Assembly (NCBI GenBank): GCA_963740355.1
Contig: CAVUDW010000002.1
Span: forward strand, 1,600,001-1,664,000
DNA: 64,000 bases
Source: an uncultured Gemmatimonadaceae bacterium
GTDB taxonomy: Bacteria; Gemmatimonadota; Gemmatimonadetes; Gemmatimonadales; Gemmatimonadaceae
Reading direction: 5' to 3'
Shown here: piece by piece, positions 45,108-58,974 of the stretch
Numbering within the stretch: the first letter of the stretch is position 1
Layout: each line of letters opens with the position of its first letter
The notes under the pieces: generated by a model
Databases searched by the model: none
What the model saw: the letters and a program-made list of their open reading frames with translations, nothing else
What the model was told of the DNA's origin: nothing
Translations under genes and position numbers: made by a program

Positions 45108-47939
45108 ATGGACACCCTCACGAACCCCGACCTTGCGGCCGGGCACCCGTTCGCATCGAGCGGCCAGCACCTCGAACTGATCGAGCAGCTCGCCGGCCTG
45201 GGCAGCTGGGAAATTTCGCTGCACACCGACGCCATCACCTGGTCGCGCGAACAACAGCGCATCCACGGCGTTGATGCCACGACCATGCCGCGGACCCACA
45301 CCGCGTTCATGAAGATGGTGCATCCCGACGACGTCGAGATCATCAATACCGGTATGGCGGAGCTCGAGCACGGGGCGCCGGTGACCGTGGAATTCAGGAT
45401 CATCCGCCCCGATGGGCAGGTGCGGCTGCTGCAGGCGCGCGGCCTCCTGCAACGTGATGCGGAGGGCTCGCCCGCGTGGGTCAGAGGCACGTCGCTCGAC
45501 ATCACCGAACGCCGCGCCACCGAGGCGGCGCTGCGGGCCAGTGAGGAATCGTACCGCACCATCTTCCAGCACGCGTCCGATGCGATGTGGCTGCATGACA
45601 TCGATACCGGCGCCTTCCTCGCCGTCAACGAAGCCGCCTGCCAGATGTACGGCTTCTCGATGGAGGAACAGCTGCAACTGGGTGTCGCCGGGCTCAGCGC
45701 TGGGGTCGCTCCCTACCGTCTCGAGGATGCCCTCGCCTTCATCACGCGCGCCGTGGCCGGCGAGCCACAGCGATTCGAGTGGCTCGGCAAGCACAAGAAC
45801 GGTGGCACGGTGTGGGGCGAGGTTCGTCTCCGTCGCGTGCGATTGAACGGCGTCGACCGTATCCTCGCGACAGCGCGCGACATCAACGATCGCGTGAGTG
45901 CCGAGCGTGCACTGCGCGACTCGTACGAGCAGCTCGAACGCCGCGTGGAAGAACGCACGCAAGAATTGGCAGCCAGCAACGCGGCGCTCGAACTGGAAGT
46001 CGCCGGACACACGCTCGCACGAAAGGCGCTCAGCGCGCGCGAGGAACACTTTCGCCGCCTGATCGAGGAATCGAACGACTACGTGATGATCGTGGACGCC
46101 TCAGGCGCGGTGACGTCGGTGGGTTCATCGGTGGAACGCGTGCTCGGCTATCATCCGGACGAGATGATCGGACTGCGCCCGGATGCGCAGCTGCATCCGG
46201 ATGACATAGCGCAGGCAGGCATCGTGCTCGCCGACGTGCTGGCGCACCCCGGGCTGACGCGTACGCTGGAGTGCCGGATCCGCCACAAGAATGGAAGCTG
46301 GCGCGTGATCGAGGCAATCGGTCGCACGGTCTCACCGACGAGTGTCGAGGAAGGCATCGTGGTGAATGCCCGCGACATCACCGAGCGGCTGAACGTCGAG
46401 CGTGCCGTGCGCGAGCGCGATGAGCGCTTCCGACAGATCATCGAGAACGCTGCCGATTTCGTGATGACATGCGATAAAACTGGTGCGCTTACCTATGTCG
46501 GGCCCTCCTCGCTCAAGATGCTCGGCTATGAGCCCAATGAGTTGCTGGGGACGCGTCCAATCGACCTGCTGCATCCGGACGATGTCGCCCGCACGATGCG
46601 CGAACTCGAGGTGGTGGTCCGGAATCCCGGACAGTCGATCACCAGCACGTTCCGCATCCGACGCAAGGATGGCAGCTACGTCGTGATGGAGAACGTGGGC
46701 CGGACCATGTCGCCGCACTCTCCTGACGAAGGTGTCATCGCATTCGGTCGCGACGTCACTGGCCGGCGCCAGGCCGAGGAAGCGCTGGCGCGCGCCAAGG
46801 AGGAGGCAGAGCGCGCCAACCGCGCCAAGAGCGAGTTCCTCAGCCGCATGAGCCACGAGCTCCGCACGCCGATGAACAGTATTCTCGGCTTCGCGCAGCT
46901 GCTCGCACGCGGGGAACTCTCACCACAAAACGGCAAGTCGGTCCAGCACATCCTCAAGGCAGGTCGACACCTGCTGCACCTGATCAACGAAGTGCTGGAA
47001 ATCGCGCGCATCGAGGCAGGCCGAGAACAATTCTCACTAGAGCCCGTGCTGCTGGCGCCGGTGCTCGAGGAAGCGCTCGGCCTCGTGCGACCGCTGGCCC
47101 ATCAGCATGGGGTGACGCTGCGGGGCGACGCCTGGCCCGCTGAACTGTACGTCCACGCCGATCGGCAACGATTGCTCCAGGTGCTGCTCAACCTGCTCAG
47201 CAACGCCATCAAGTACAACCAGCCTGGCGGGACCGTGGACCTCTATGCCACCGGTGATGCGACACAGCGTTGCCGCATTCGAGTGCGAGACTCGGGGAAG
47301 GGCATCGCAGCCGAGCGCGTGGACGAACTGTTCACGCCATTCGCGCGACTTGGTGCCGAGCAATCGGAGGTGGAGGGAACGGGCCTCGGTCTCGCGCTCT
47401 CTCGACGCCTCTGCGAAGCGATGGGAGGCCAACTCTCGCTCGAACATTCCGGAACGAACGGCAGCACGTTCGTCGTGGAACTCGATGCGACCATCAGCCC
47501 GCTGGCAGAGTTCGTGGACGCCGAGCGCGCACCGACCGAGCGCGCCGCCTATCGCGACGCAACACTGCTCTACATCGAGGACAACCTTGCGAACCTCGCT
47601 CTCGTGGAGACGATCCTGCTGTCACGGCCCGGCTGGCGCGTGGTGCCAGCCTTGCAGGGGCAGCTTGGCCTTGAACTCGCGCGCGAACACCAGCCGGACG
47701 TCATCCTGCTCGACGTGCACCTTCCCGACCTTTCCGGGCTCGAGGTACTGCGCAGGCTGCGCTCCGAGACGCGTACCGCCTCCACCCCAGTGGTGGTGGT
47801 CAGTGCCGACGCTACCTCGGCATCGGTTGAGCGCCTGCGCTCTGCCGGTGCCAACGCGTACCTCACCAAGCCGCTCGATGTCGACGAATTCCTGTCTGTC
47901 CTCGATCGGTACATCCCCATCGTGGAGCCGACGCGATGA
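45108..47939 (+). CDS. Cytoplasmic multi-PAS hybrid histidine kinase (4 PAS - HisKA - HATPase - REC)
   Basis: HPDD...DITER PAS repeats; FLSRMSHELRTP, NLLSNAIKY, DSGKG, GTGLGL; REC LYIEDN..LLD..KP. Confidence 0.95.
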   Translation: MDTLTNPDLAAGHPFASSGQHLELIEQLAGLGSWEISLHTDAITWSREQQRIHGVDATTMPRTHTAFMKMVHPDDVEIINTGMAELEHGAPVTVEFRIIRPDGQVRLLQARGLLQRDAEGSPAWVRGTSLDITERRATEAALRASEESYRTIFQHASDAMWLHDIDTGAFLAVNEAACQMYGFSMEEQLQLGVAGLSAGVAPYRLEDALAFITRAVAGEPQRFEWLGKHKNGGTVWGEVRLRRVRLNGVDRILATARDINDRVSAERALRDSYEQLERRVEERTQELAASNAALELEVAGHTLARKALSAREEHFRRLIEESNDYVMIVDASGAVTSVGSSVERVLGYHPDEMIGLRPDAQLHPDDIAQAGIVLADVLAHPGLTRTLECRIRHKNGSWRVIEAIGRTVSPTSVEEGIVVNARDITERLNVERAVRERDERFRQIIENAADFVMTCDKTGALTYVGPSSLKMLGYEPNELLGTRPIDLLHPDDVARTMRELEVVVRNPGQSITSTFRIRRKDGSYVVMENVGRTMSPHSPDEGVIAFGRDVTGRRQAEEALARAKEEAERANRAKSEFLSRMSHELRTPMNSILGFAQLLARGELSPQNGKSVQHILKAGRHLLHLINEVLEIARIEAGREQFSLEPVLLAPVLEEALGLVRPLAHQHGVTLRGDAWPAELYVHADRQRLLQVLLNLLSNAIKYNQPGGTVDLYATGDATQRCRIRVRDSGKGIAAERVDELFTPFARLGAEQSEVEGTGLGLALSRRLCEAMGGQLSLEHSGTNGSTFVVELDATISPLAEFVDAERAPTERAAYRDATLLYIEDNLANLALVETILLSRPGWRVVPALQGQLGLELAREHQPDVILLDVHLPDLSGLEVLRRLRSETRTASTPVVVVSADATSASVERLRSAGANAYLTKPLDVDEFLSVLDRYIPIVEPTR

Positions 47940-49579
47940 CCGCCACCGTCGAACCCATCGCCGCGCTTCGGCATGCACGGACACGTGCATGCACGATCCT
48001 GCTCGTGGACGATGAACCGGCGAATCTCGACCTGCTCGAGGCGCTGCTCTCCGGTGAGGGGTACACGAGCCTCCTGCGCGCGAGCGATCCGCGTGTCGTC
48101 CCATCGCTCGTTGAGGCGCACGCCCCCGACCTGGTGCTGCTCGACCTGCATATGCCGCATCGGCATGGGCTCGATGTGCTGGCGGATCTTGCGGAGCTCA
48201 CACCCGCTGGTGACTACCGACCCGTACTCGTGCTCACGGCCGACGTGACGGCCGACGCGCGCGATCGAGCACTGGCGCTCGGGGCGCGTGACTTCGTGAC
48301 GAAGCCGTTCGATACCACCGAGGTGGTGTTGCGTGTGCAGAACTTGCTTGACACTCGTGTGCTCTACCTCGCGGAACGCGAAGCTCGCGTGCGCGTCGAG
48401 CAGGCGGAGATGCGTGCGGCGCTACTGGCGACGTGGAGCCGGATTCTTGCATCCGTCATCGACCCGCGGCAGGCGATCACCCACCTGCCGCGCCTGCTCC
48501 TGCCGCGATGGACCAGCGCCTGCGCGATGGGCGTTGGACTCGAACCTGGCGAGAAGATCGACTGGATAGGGGCAGATAGCGGAAGTGACGTCGACGCCGC
48601 TTCGCTCGAGACGGTTGCGAGGGTGGTGGTCGAGTCGCCGACGATTGCACGGGATGAAGCGATGTTCGTCTCGCCGATCATCACACGCGACGGCGTGGTC
48701 GGTGCACTGGTCGTGGCGCGGACGGCCAGCGCATCCGGCATGGACCAGACGCTGCTCAATGAATTGGCGGCACGCCTCGCGCTGGCTGTGGAGCATGCGC
48801 GACTGCTCGCCTCCGCAGAGCTGGCCGTGACGGAACGCGAGCGACTGCTTGCCGTGGTGGCGCATGACCTGCGCAATCCACTCGGTGCCGTCTCGATGTA
48901 CGCCGAGATGCTGGCCAACCTGCAGCCGTCACCGGATGACGATGCGCCGTCGCCGCCGGATGCGGAAACACGTCGGTTCGCCCATTCCGCGGTACAGACG
49001 ATCCATCGAAACGCGGCCGCGATGCAGCATCTGGTCGAGGATCTGCTTGACGCCTCGACGCTCCGTGCGAGTGCCATGCGCATTCATCGATCGCCGGTCG
49101 ATGTCGAGCCGCTCATCGATGATCTTCACCGGATGATGCGAGCGCGCGCGGACGACGCTGGGGTAACCCTCGACATGGAGTCTGACGGACCCGTCGGCGT
49201 CGTGACACTCGACGGCATTCGCGTCAGGCAGTTGCTGTCGAATCTCATCGGGAACGCGATCACATTCACGCCGCGCGGGGGTGAGGTGCGCCTGCGCTAT
49301 GCCGTCGCGTCCGACACGGTGACGCAGCACCCGGTATTGCGAGGCAGCGTGTCCGACACAGGGCCCGGGATTCCAGCTGACGAGCTCCCGCATCTGTTCA
49401 CGGCATTCTGGCGCGGCGATCGGCGCGACCGGAAGGGGGCGGGGCTCGGGCTATGGATCGCCAATGCGATCTGCGAGGCGCACGGTGGCGACCTGCGCGT
49501 CGAGACCTTGGTCGGCGCCGGTTCGACGTTTCATTTTACGTTGTCGCTGGTAGACACGTCTCGGCGGCCGGAAGACTGA
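47936..49579 (+). CDS. Hybrid response regulator/histidine kinase (REC - GAF-like - HisKA - HATPase)
   Basis: LVDDE..LLDLHMP..KPF; VAHDLRNPL, NLIGNAI, DTGPG, GAGLGL; ATGA overlap with the upstream kinase. Confidence 0.93.
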   Translation: MTATVEPIAALRHARTRACTILLVDDEPANLDLLEALLSGEGYTSLLRASDPRVVPSLVEAHAPDLVLLDLHMPHRHGLDVLADLAELTPAGDYRPVLVLTADVTADARDRALALGARDFVTKPFDTTEVVLRVQNLLDTRVLYLAEREARVRVEQAEMRAALLATWSRILASVIDPRQAITHLPRLLLPRWTSACAMGVGLEPGEKIDWIGADSGSDVDAASLETVARVVVESPTIARDEAMFVSPIITRDGVVGALVVARTASASGMDQTLLNELAARLALAVEHARLLASAELAVTERERLLAVVAHDLRNPLGAVSMYAEMLANLQPSPDDDAPSPPDAETRRFAHSAVQTIHRNAAAMQHLVEDLLDASTLRASAMRIHRSPVDVEPLIDDLHRMMRARADDAGVTLDMESDGPVGVVTLDGIRVRQLLSNLIGNAITFTPRGGEVRLRYAVASDTVTQHPVLRGSVSDTGPGIPADELPHLFTAFWRGDRRDRKGAGLGLWIANAICEAHGGDLRVETLVGAGSTFHFTLSLVDTSRRPED

Positions 49580-49601
49580 CGTTGTCCTTCGCCTGACCGC
49601 C

Positions 49602-50249
49602 ATGCCGATCGCCACCACTGCGCACCGCGCTGCGCGCATTCTCGTCGTCGAGGATACGCCCGACTTCGCCGAGGCGCTATCCAGCATCCTGCGACTCGAA
49701 GGGCATGAGGTCATCGTCGCTGGTCGCGCCATGGAGGCGTTGGCGCGCGCACGCGCGGAACCGCCGGACCTCGTGCTCCTGGATCTGGGCTTGCCTGACC
49801 GCGACGGCTATCACGTGCTGCGTGAGCTTCGGGCGCGAGGCTGCGACTGCCCGGTGCTGATCCTGTCGGCGCGCTCGCTCGAGAGTGACAAGGTCGAGGG
49901 GTTTCGACTCGGCGCCGATGATTACGTGACCAAGCCGTTCGGCGCGCTGGAACTGATGGCACGCATCTCCGCACTTTTGCGCAGGTCGCGCGCCGTTGTC
50001 GTACCGACGACGCAGGCAGCGACGATGCGCCGGCTCGACGACGTCGACCTGCAGGCGCGGTTCGGGCTGACCGAACGACAGATCGCCGTGGCGCGCTTGA
50101 TGGCCGATGGGTGCACGAATGCCGAAGTTGCGGCGCGCCTTGGGCTGAGCTTCTTCACCGTCCGCAATCACGCCGAGCAGGTGATGTTGCGACTCGGCGT
50201 GAACAAGCGCTCGGCGGTCGGGCCGATGCTGCATGAGCAACTGCCTTAG
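49602..50249 (+). CDS. Response regulator transcription factor (REC + LuxR-type HTH)
   Basis: VVED..LLDLGLP..GADDYVTKPF; LTERQ..GCTNAEVA..LS..TVRNH. Confidence 0.93.
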   Translation: MPIATTAHRAARILVVEDTPDFAEALSSILRLEGHEVIVAGRAMEALARARAEPPDLVLLDLGLPDRDGYHVLRELRARGCDCPVLILSARSLESDKVEGFRLGADDYVTKPFGALELMARISALLRRSRAVVVPTTQAATMRRLDDVDLQARFGLTERQIAVARLMADGCTNAEVAARLGLSFFTVRNHAEQVMLRLGVNKRSAVGPMLHEQLP

Positions 50250-50267
50250 GCCGAACGCCAATGCGGG

Positions 50268-51209
50268 TCACCGCTGGCCAAACGGTTTCGGTGGCACTGA
50301 CTGCAGGTAGGCCCAGAGCGCGCGCAGTTCCACGTCGTTGAACGATCTCGTGAACTTCCACGGCATGAGATCATTGACCTTCGTGCCAGCTGGACGCATG
50401 CCCGTGCGCAACAGCCGTGCGAGATCGTCGTAGCTGTAATGACCGATGCCCGTGGGCGTGATGTTCGCAGCCGCCATCCAGTCCGGCGGTGCACCAGGAA
50501 TCGGTCCGCCCGAGAGCCCGGGGCCGTGGCATCCGGTGCAGGTACTGGCGAGGTACTTCCCGTATTCACGGGTCGGCTCTTCAGGCAGCGATGCCGTGTG
50601 CGGCGCCGTGTGGTCGATTTCCGCGGCTGCGTAGACCGACACCTTGCCTCCGAGATCCAGCGCCCGCAACACCGGGCCCAGTTTGAGCGCACCATGCTGT
50701 GCGGTGCTCGATGGTACGGAGCGGGCATAGGCGATGATGTCACCCAGATCTTCGTCGGTGAGCGACGCAAACTCATGCGACGGCATGATCAGGAGGCCGG
50801 TGCCGTCGCGCCGCACGCCATGGCGCACCGCGCGTTCCCAGTCCGTGTCGGAGAGGCGCGCACCGGCGCCGCCTGTGGTGAGGTTGGGTGCGGCGATCCG
50901 TCCGACGGCGGCTTCGTCGAGCATCACGCGCCCAACGAGCCCCTCGCCATGACAGTCCTGGCAGAATCGCACCGTGGCGAGTCGCTTCCCGCGCGCGGCG
51001 GCCGCGGCAGTGGACGGCGCAGTGAACGCGTGTGTCGGCACATTGAACGTGCGACGCGCCTTCCATTCAGAGGCAGCGAACGCGGTGACGACTGTTCCGA
51101 GCAGCAGCAGGACGCCGACGATGACGAGCCGGGAGAGGAATCGCCCGATCCGTCGCGGGCGCGACGGTCGGCGAGTCGACGCACTGGAAGTGGCGTGGTG
51201 GATTGCCAT
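50268..51209 (-). CDS. Membrane-anchored diheme cytochrome c
   Basis: CQDCH and CTGCH; APNLT / AANITP; MPS / MPW candidate axial Met. Confidence 0.9.
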   Translation of the reverse strand: MAIHHATSSASTRRPSRPRRIGRFLSRLVIVGVLLLLGTVVTAFAASEWKARRTFNVPTHAFTAPSTAAAAARGKRLATVRFCQDCHGEGLVGRVMLDEAAVGRIAAPNLTTGGAGARLSDTDWERAVRHGVRRDGTGLLIMPSHEFASLTDEDLGDIIAYARSVPSSTAQHGALKLGPVLRALDLGGKVSVYAAAEIDHTAPHTASLPEEPTREYGKYLASTCTGCHGPGLSGGPIPGAPPDWMAAANITPTGIGHYSYDDLARLLRTGMRPAGTKVNDLMPWKFTRSFNDVELRALWAYLQSVPPKPFGQR

Positions 51210-51328
51210 GAGCAGGACCTCGTCGAGCAGCGGGTGTCGATAGTCATGATCGCGCGTGGCGCGCGTTCACGTTGTGCTGCAGGATGTCTGGTGGCGGTTC
51301 TGCCCGCGTGGGTGGAATGACCTAAACA

Positions 51329-51449
51329 GAATCCGGTGACAGTGCACACAATTCCGCGAAGGCGGGAGACCAGGGAATCCGGTGGCAGTGCGGAATCCGG
51401 TGACAGTGCACACAATTCCTCGGAATTGTGTGCACTGTCACCGGATTCC
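51329..51449. repeat. REPIN-like cluster 4
   Basis: GGAATCCGGTGACAGTGCACACAATTCC-TC-reverse complement at 51392-51449, plus upstream forward copies. Confidence 0.9.
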
Positions 51450-51535
51450 CACCCACGGTCGCCAGTTTACGGGAGGGTCAGATGACCCAGCTCACGTCGG
51501 CTAGATGTGCACCGTGACGCGCCCAGGCCACGCGC

Positions 51536-52375
51536 TCAACTGCGCGATGGTTTCCCGATCCAGAGCCGGCTATTGCGCAAGTCGAAGGTCAGAACGTACT
51601 GACTCAAGAAGGGCTGGCCGAGGTTGCCGTCCAAGATCAGGTCCGTGACCAGCACTGGGCTATCGACGGTGATGTCCGGAGTGAGTGCGAAGTGGAGCCG
51701 CTGTTCCTTGATCGCTGGATCGAGGCCGAAGGCGCCTGCGTATTCACGGGCGATCAGCGACACGCCGCCCGCGCCGGAGTCGAGAGTCAACCAGGTGAGG
51801 CCACGTGGAGTGCGAACGCCCATGAATGCATCCAGCCCGCGCGCGGATGCCCCGCGCACGAGGCGAAATGGCATTTCGTGCATCGTCGTGATTCGCCTCG
51901 CAAGGCTCGCGGGTGTTTCAATCGTCAGCGTCGCTGCCTGCTGATCGAGCGTGATGCACCTGCCATCGAATGCATCGAGCGACAGCAGGCCATCCGGCGA
52001 GACGTCACCGCTGAAGCGATCGCCAAAATCGAACTTGCCGACGTCGACCGCTGTCAGCGCAACCTGACCTGCAGTGAGCTGCACGCCGTCGCAGTGTGGA
52101 CCGTCGCCGCGCTGGCCGAACATGTTGAACCCCGTCGTGCGGCCCCAGAAGGTGCAGGTCAGCCGGGATGCAAATCCCTCGGTCACCATTGTATTCCCGC
52201 CGCCGGTGTCGAGGAGAAAGTTGCCTGAGACGCCCTGCACGGTGACGTTCACTTTCCACAACGCTTTTCGGAAGCGCTCGAGTCGAATGACTTGCGGTTC
52301 GTCGCGGGCCACGGTGGGAAGGCCAGCCAGAAGCAGGAGCCCGCTCAGGAGCGCTGACGAGAGGGTCGGAAGCAT
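51536..52375 (-). CDS. Exported tandem retropepsin-like aspartic protease
   Basis: FLLDTGG..DGLL and LTLDSGA..DGNLG, two lobes; signal peptide. Confidence 0.82.
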   Translation of the reverse strand: MLPTLSSALLSGLLLLAGLPTVARDEPQVIRLERFRKALWKVNVTVQGVSGNFLLDTGGGNTMVTEGFASRLTCTFWGRTTGFNMFGQRGDGPHCDGVQLTAGQVALTAVDVGKFDFGDRFSGDVSPDGLLSLDAFDGRCITLDQQAATLTIETPASLARRITTMHEMPFRLVRGASARGLDAFMGVRTPRGLTWLTLDSGAGGVSLIAREYAGAFGLDPAIKEQRLHFALTPDITVDSPVLVTDLILDGNLGQPFLSQYVLTFDLRNSRLWIGKPSRS

Positions 52376-52489
52376 GTTTATCAGAGATTGGGGGGATTGG
52401 CGGGCGCAGTGCCGCGCGCCCGTGCCATCCGTAGGACAGGGGATTGCCCAAATGCGTTGTGTGGGGCGACTCGCCTGCTGTCGGGTTCG

Positions 52490-52540
52490 AATTCCGGTGA
52501 CCGTGCACTCGAATTCGGCGATTGAGTGCACTGTCACCGG
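52490..52540. repeat. REPIN-like cluster 5 (degenerate)
   Basis: ATTCCGGTGACCGTGCACTCGAATTC-GGC-GATTGAGTGCACTGTCACCGG. Confidence 0.82.
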
Positions 52541-52593
52541 TATTGGGACCGCCCATCACGGTGCCAGTGCACTCCAATCAGCTGCGGAGCGCA

Positions 52594-52977
52594 CTATCGC
52601 CGCAGCGTTGACTCCGAATTACGGCGTCGGCCCCGACTTGCGGCGATGAGCGCTGCACCCACGACGATGCCAGCGACGGTTTGGAGCATGACTTGCTGCC
52701 AGAACCGCCGAGAGTCGGATAAATCGTGCCTGTGCATATCTGCGCCTTGGAGACGCGTGGCGTATCGAACCGGACTTTTGCTGATCTGCGTCCGACCACC
52801 GATGAGATCGCCCGAGGAGAATCCGAGCGTGAGCACCACGATCACCCACCCGCCGATGAGTAGCAGACGTCGGCGCGCGTTCCAACGGATCGGCAGAAAC
52901 TGAGGTAGCCAGTAGTCCGTCTGGCGCCACGCGAACGCGGCGAGGACGATGCTGAACGCGAGGAGGAGATTTGCCAC
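52594..52977 (-). CDS. Hypothetical small membrane protein
   Basis: Three hydrophobic segments; GGAG upstream of a GTG start. Confidence 0.5.
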   Translation of the reverse strand: MANLLLAFSIVLAAFAWRQTDYWLPQFLPIRWNARRRLLLIGGWVIVVLTLGFSSGDLIGGRTQISKSPVRYATRLQGADMHRHDLSDSRRFWQQVMLQTVAGIVVGAALIAASRGRRRNSESTLRR

Positions 52978-53082
52978 GAATTCTCCCGTGATGATCGGGT
53001 GGAACCTGAGCCGTTCGTCGATGTTCTACGGCACCGAATGAATCGGAGCGCTCGCGCCGGTGATTCCTGCAACGCTAGCACG

Positions 53083-55245
53083 CTAGGTCGTTCCGAATTC
53101 GATGACCCGCCAGCCGGTTTTTGTTCGCTGAAGCGTGATCAGCCACCGCTCCTCGCGGGACGTCGGGCTACCTCGTACTGGTACGAGTCGCATCGTGACG
53201 TTCGCCTCGATATCGGTATGTGACCCAACTGTAGCGTCGTAGTCGCCTGAGCCGTTGATCGAAACTCCTTGGACTCGGATTCGCACCGACTTCAGCGTCT
53301 TGACCGAGTCCGAAAGCTCCGCAACGTCCTCCTCCGCGACAACAGCAGGGAACCGATTCCTGATCAGGCGCAAGTCGAGTGTTTCATGCGCCCGGGCAAG
53401 CGACTCGACGACAGCCCGCGCCTCCGATGCCAATTGCGCTTGCGTGATAGTTGTCACGAGCGGCGCGCCTCCGCCGCCAGCGACGCGAACCACGATGTCT
53501 ACGCGCCGCCGCCCGGCTTCGCCCGCATCCACCGTAATGAACGCACGGCCCGGAGCGATTGCCGTGACCATTCGCGTGACCGGATCAACGACGGCGACGC
53601 TACTGTCGCTTGTTGTGAAGCTGATTGCGGCGTTCACAGGTCCACCGGTCACAAGACTTTGGACCCAAGTGTGGAGCTGGACGCGCTGACTTGGCCGTAG
53701 CTCGCCCTCGCTTCCCCTGTTGACCACTAGCCTGGTTTGTCCGATTGTCGTGGTCTCCCTCACGGGAGTCGTTACAGCTGCTATGACGGCCTTGTTCGAG
53801 GGCACCGCTCGTCGCGGCGCTGCAGTGTCAGATGTGACCGTGCTTGAAGCACGCTCACGCTCCACCGCTGGCTCACCGCGCAGAAGCGCCCAGCCGCCGA
53901 CAACGGCCCCGAGGACGCCGCCGCCGATCGCGACCAACGGATGGCGTTTTACTGGTGCCGTTCGCGGATCGACGGTCTTTGGCCCGGCGGCACGCGATTT
54001 CGGCGGAGAGGAATCCGTCGCTGCTTTGACAGCGGGCGCCTGCGCAACCTGCCGCCCTCCGTGCCAAATATCTTTGACCGCCGAGGCCTCGATCGCCTCA
54101 GCCTCGCGCACCGGCGGCGCGCTTGGCGTATCGGCGACCGGGCGGGGGAGCGGAATAGGAATGACGGGTGGGCGGAGCGGGTCGCCGAGTGCTGCCCTTG
54201 GCTCCTGTTCCGCGGCCAGATGCACGATCACGGCGCGCACCTGCGAATCGTCGCCGACTGGATATGCCTCCAGAGATTGCAGTGCCTCGGGGATGCTCGG
54301 AAAGCGATCGGTTGGCGACTTCGCCAGCATGCGAAGGATCGTACGCTCCACCGACTCGGGAATAGCAGGCATGACGGCACGAATGGACGGCACTGATTGT
54401 CCGATGTGCCCGGTCATGATGGAAATCGGCGAACCGGAGAACGGAACACCGCCAGTCAGCATATGGTAGGCAACGATGCCCAGTGAATACTGGTCGCTCC
54501 TGCCATCAAGTTCCCCTGCATGACACTGCTCGGGACTCATGTACGCCGGTGTGCCAATCACCATCCCAGTCACGGTGTGTGACGGTGCCGCGGCGACCTT
54601 CGCGATGCCGAAGTCGGTGACGAGGGCATCGCCGTCGCTGGAGAGGAGCACGTTCCCCGGCTTGATGTCGCGATGGATCACGCCGCGGCGGTGCGCGTAC
54701 GCGAGCGCAGTTCCGACCTGGTAGAGAATTGGGCGCGCGATGTCGAGCGGTAGCGCGTGATGGTGGCGCAGGACGGCTTCGAGTGACTGCCCCTCGATGT
54801 ACTGCATGACGAAGAACTGGAGGTCCTGAAGCTGCCGCACGGCGTGCACCGTCACGATGTTTGCGTGCTGCAAATTCGCGATCGTGACGGCCTCCTGTCG
54901 GAACCGATCGATCATCCCCTCGCCCATCAGGAGGCCGGGCGCCATCACCTTGATCGCGACCTTTCGGTTCAGCGCCAGGTCGTGTGCGAGGAACACCGCA
55001 GCCATGCCACCGCGTCCGAGTTCGCGACCGATGTCGTACTCGCCGAGAGTGGCCTGTCGCAGCCGAGCAAGCACGCCGTCCCATGGCGAGTGCTGCGCAG
55101 CGAACGCTATCAACGACGGTGACCAGTTCCCACCAGTCACTAGCCCCACACCGCTGACCGCTGCCCCGCACTGGGGACAGTACCGACTCTGGTCAGAGAC
55201 TGGGCTGCTGCAACTCGGGCAGGTAGCAGTGCGCGACGCGGTCAT
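53083..55245 (-). CDS. Hanks-type Ser/Thr protein kinase with N-terminal zinc ribbon, TM and extracytoplasmic Ig-like domain
   Basis: CPSC..CPQC; LGRGGMAAV, VAIK, HRDIKPGN, DFG, GTPAYMSPE; TTSDSSVAVVD Ig-like motif. Confidence 0.95.
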   Translation of the reverse strand: MTASRTATCPSCSSPVSDQSRYCPQCGAAVSGVGLVTGGNWSPSLIAFAAQHSPWDGVLARLRQATLGEYDIGRELGRGGMAAVFLAHDLALNRKVAIKVMAPGLLMGEGMIDRFRQEAVTIANLQHANIVTVHAVRQLQDLQFFVMQYIEGQSLEAVLRHHHALPLDIARPILYQVGTALAYAHRRGVIHRDIKPGNVLLSSDGDALVTDFGIAKVAAAPSHTVTGMVIGTPAYMSPEQCHAGELDGRSDQYSLGIVAYHMLTGGVPFSGSPISIMTGHIGQSVPSIRAVMPAIPESVERTILRMLAKSPTDRFPSIPEALQSLEAYPVGDDSQVRAVIVHLAAEQEPRAALGDPLRPPVIPIPLPRPVADTPSAPPVREAEAIEASAVKDIWHGGRQVAQAPAVKAATDSSPPKSRAAGPKTVDPRTAPVKRHPLVAIGGGVLGAVVGGWALLRGEPAVERERASSTVTSDTAAPRRAVPSNKAVIAAVTTPVRETTTIGQTRLVVNRGSEGELRPSQRVQLHTWVQSLVTGGPVNAAISFTTSDSSVAVVDPVTRMVTAIAPGRAFITVDAGEAGRRRVDIVVRVAGGGGAPLVTTITQAQLASEARAVVESLARAHETLDLRLIRNRFPAVVAEEDVAELSDSVKTLKSVRIRVQGVSINGSGDYDATVGSHTDIEANVTMRLVPVRGSPTSREERWLITLQRTKTGWRVIEFGTT

Positions 55246-55499
55246 GTCGAGAGTCGAGTGTGGAGGAGCGGGGCGAACGGCTCTCAGGCAGTGACCGGTG
55301 GACGGCCGTGGCAGTCGATCCGGCGGTCCCGCCGCCCCTTCAGCGGGATAGATAGCATCGTGTCGCCAAAGTGGCACTGGAATCGGGCCCCGCGGCAACT
55401 GGCGGTGCATTCGCCGTGTTTCCGGTGGACCGATCTGGGTATCCTTGTAGGCTAGCCAGCGCACCACTCGGCCCTATCCCGGCCCTTTTCCAGCTCCGC

Positions 55500-57122
<1,623 letters not shown>

Positions 57123-57156
57123 CACTGTCGTAGGGATCGTGTCGCGAAATGCGCCG

Positions 57157-58655
<1,499 letters not shown>

Positions 58656-58806
58656 GTGAGCGGAGTGGAGTACGGGCGCAGCGTCGATGGCGGCGCCTCG
58701 GGCGCCTGGGAAAGCGGAATCTCGGCTCCGGACCGGAATGCACAAGGCGTGTGTCGGGAGGCGATGCGTGCGCTGCGTTCCACGTCCGTCGCGGGGTGCT
58801 CCGGTC

Positions 58807-58865
58807 AGAATTCCGGTGACAGTGCACTCATTTCGTAGAAATGAGTGCACTGTCACCGGAATTCT
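58807..58865. repeat. REPIN-like cluster 6 (perfect hairpin)
   Basis: AGAATTCCGGTGACAGTGCACTCATTTC-GTA-GAAATGAGTGCACTGTCACCGGAATTCT, 28-bp stem. Confidence 0.92.
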
Positions 58866-58974
58866 TAGCGCGCATCGCCACGCGCCCAACGGGCGTGATT
58901 GGGAGCGGCCTCGATCGTCCTTGAGTGGCCACCGCACGACTGAAGTGCACCGGAACTCCCCCTGCCACCCGCGC

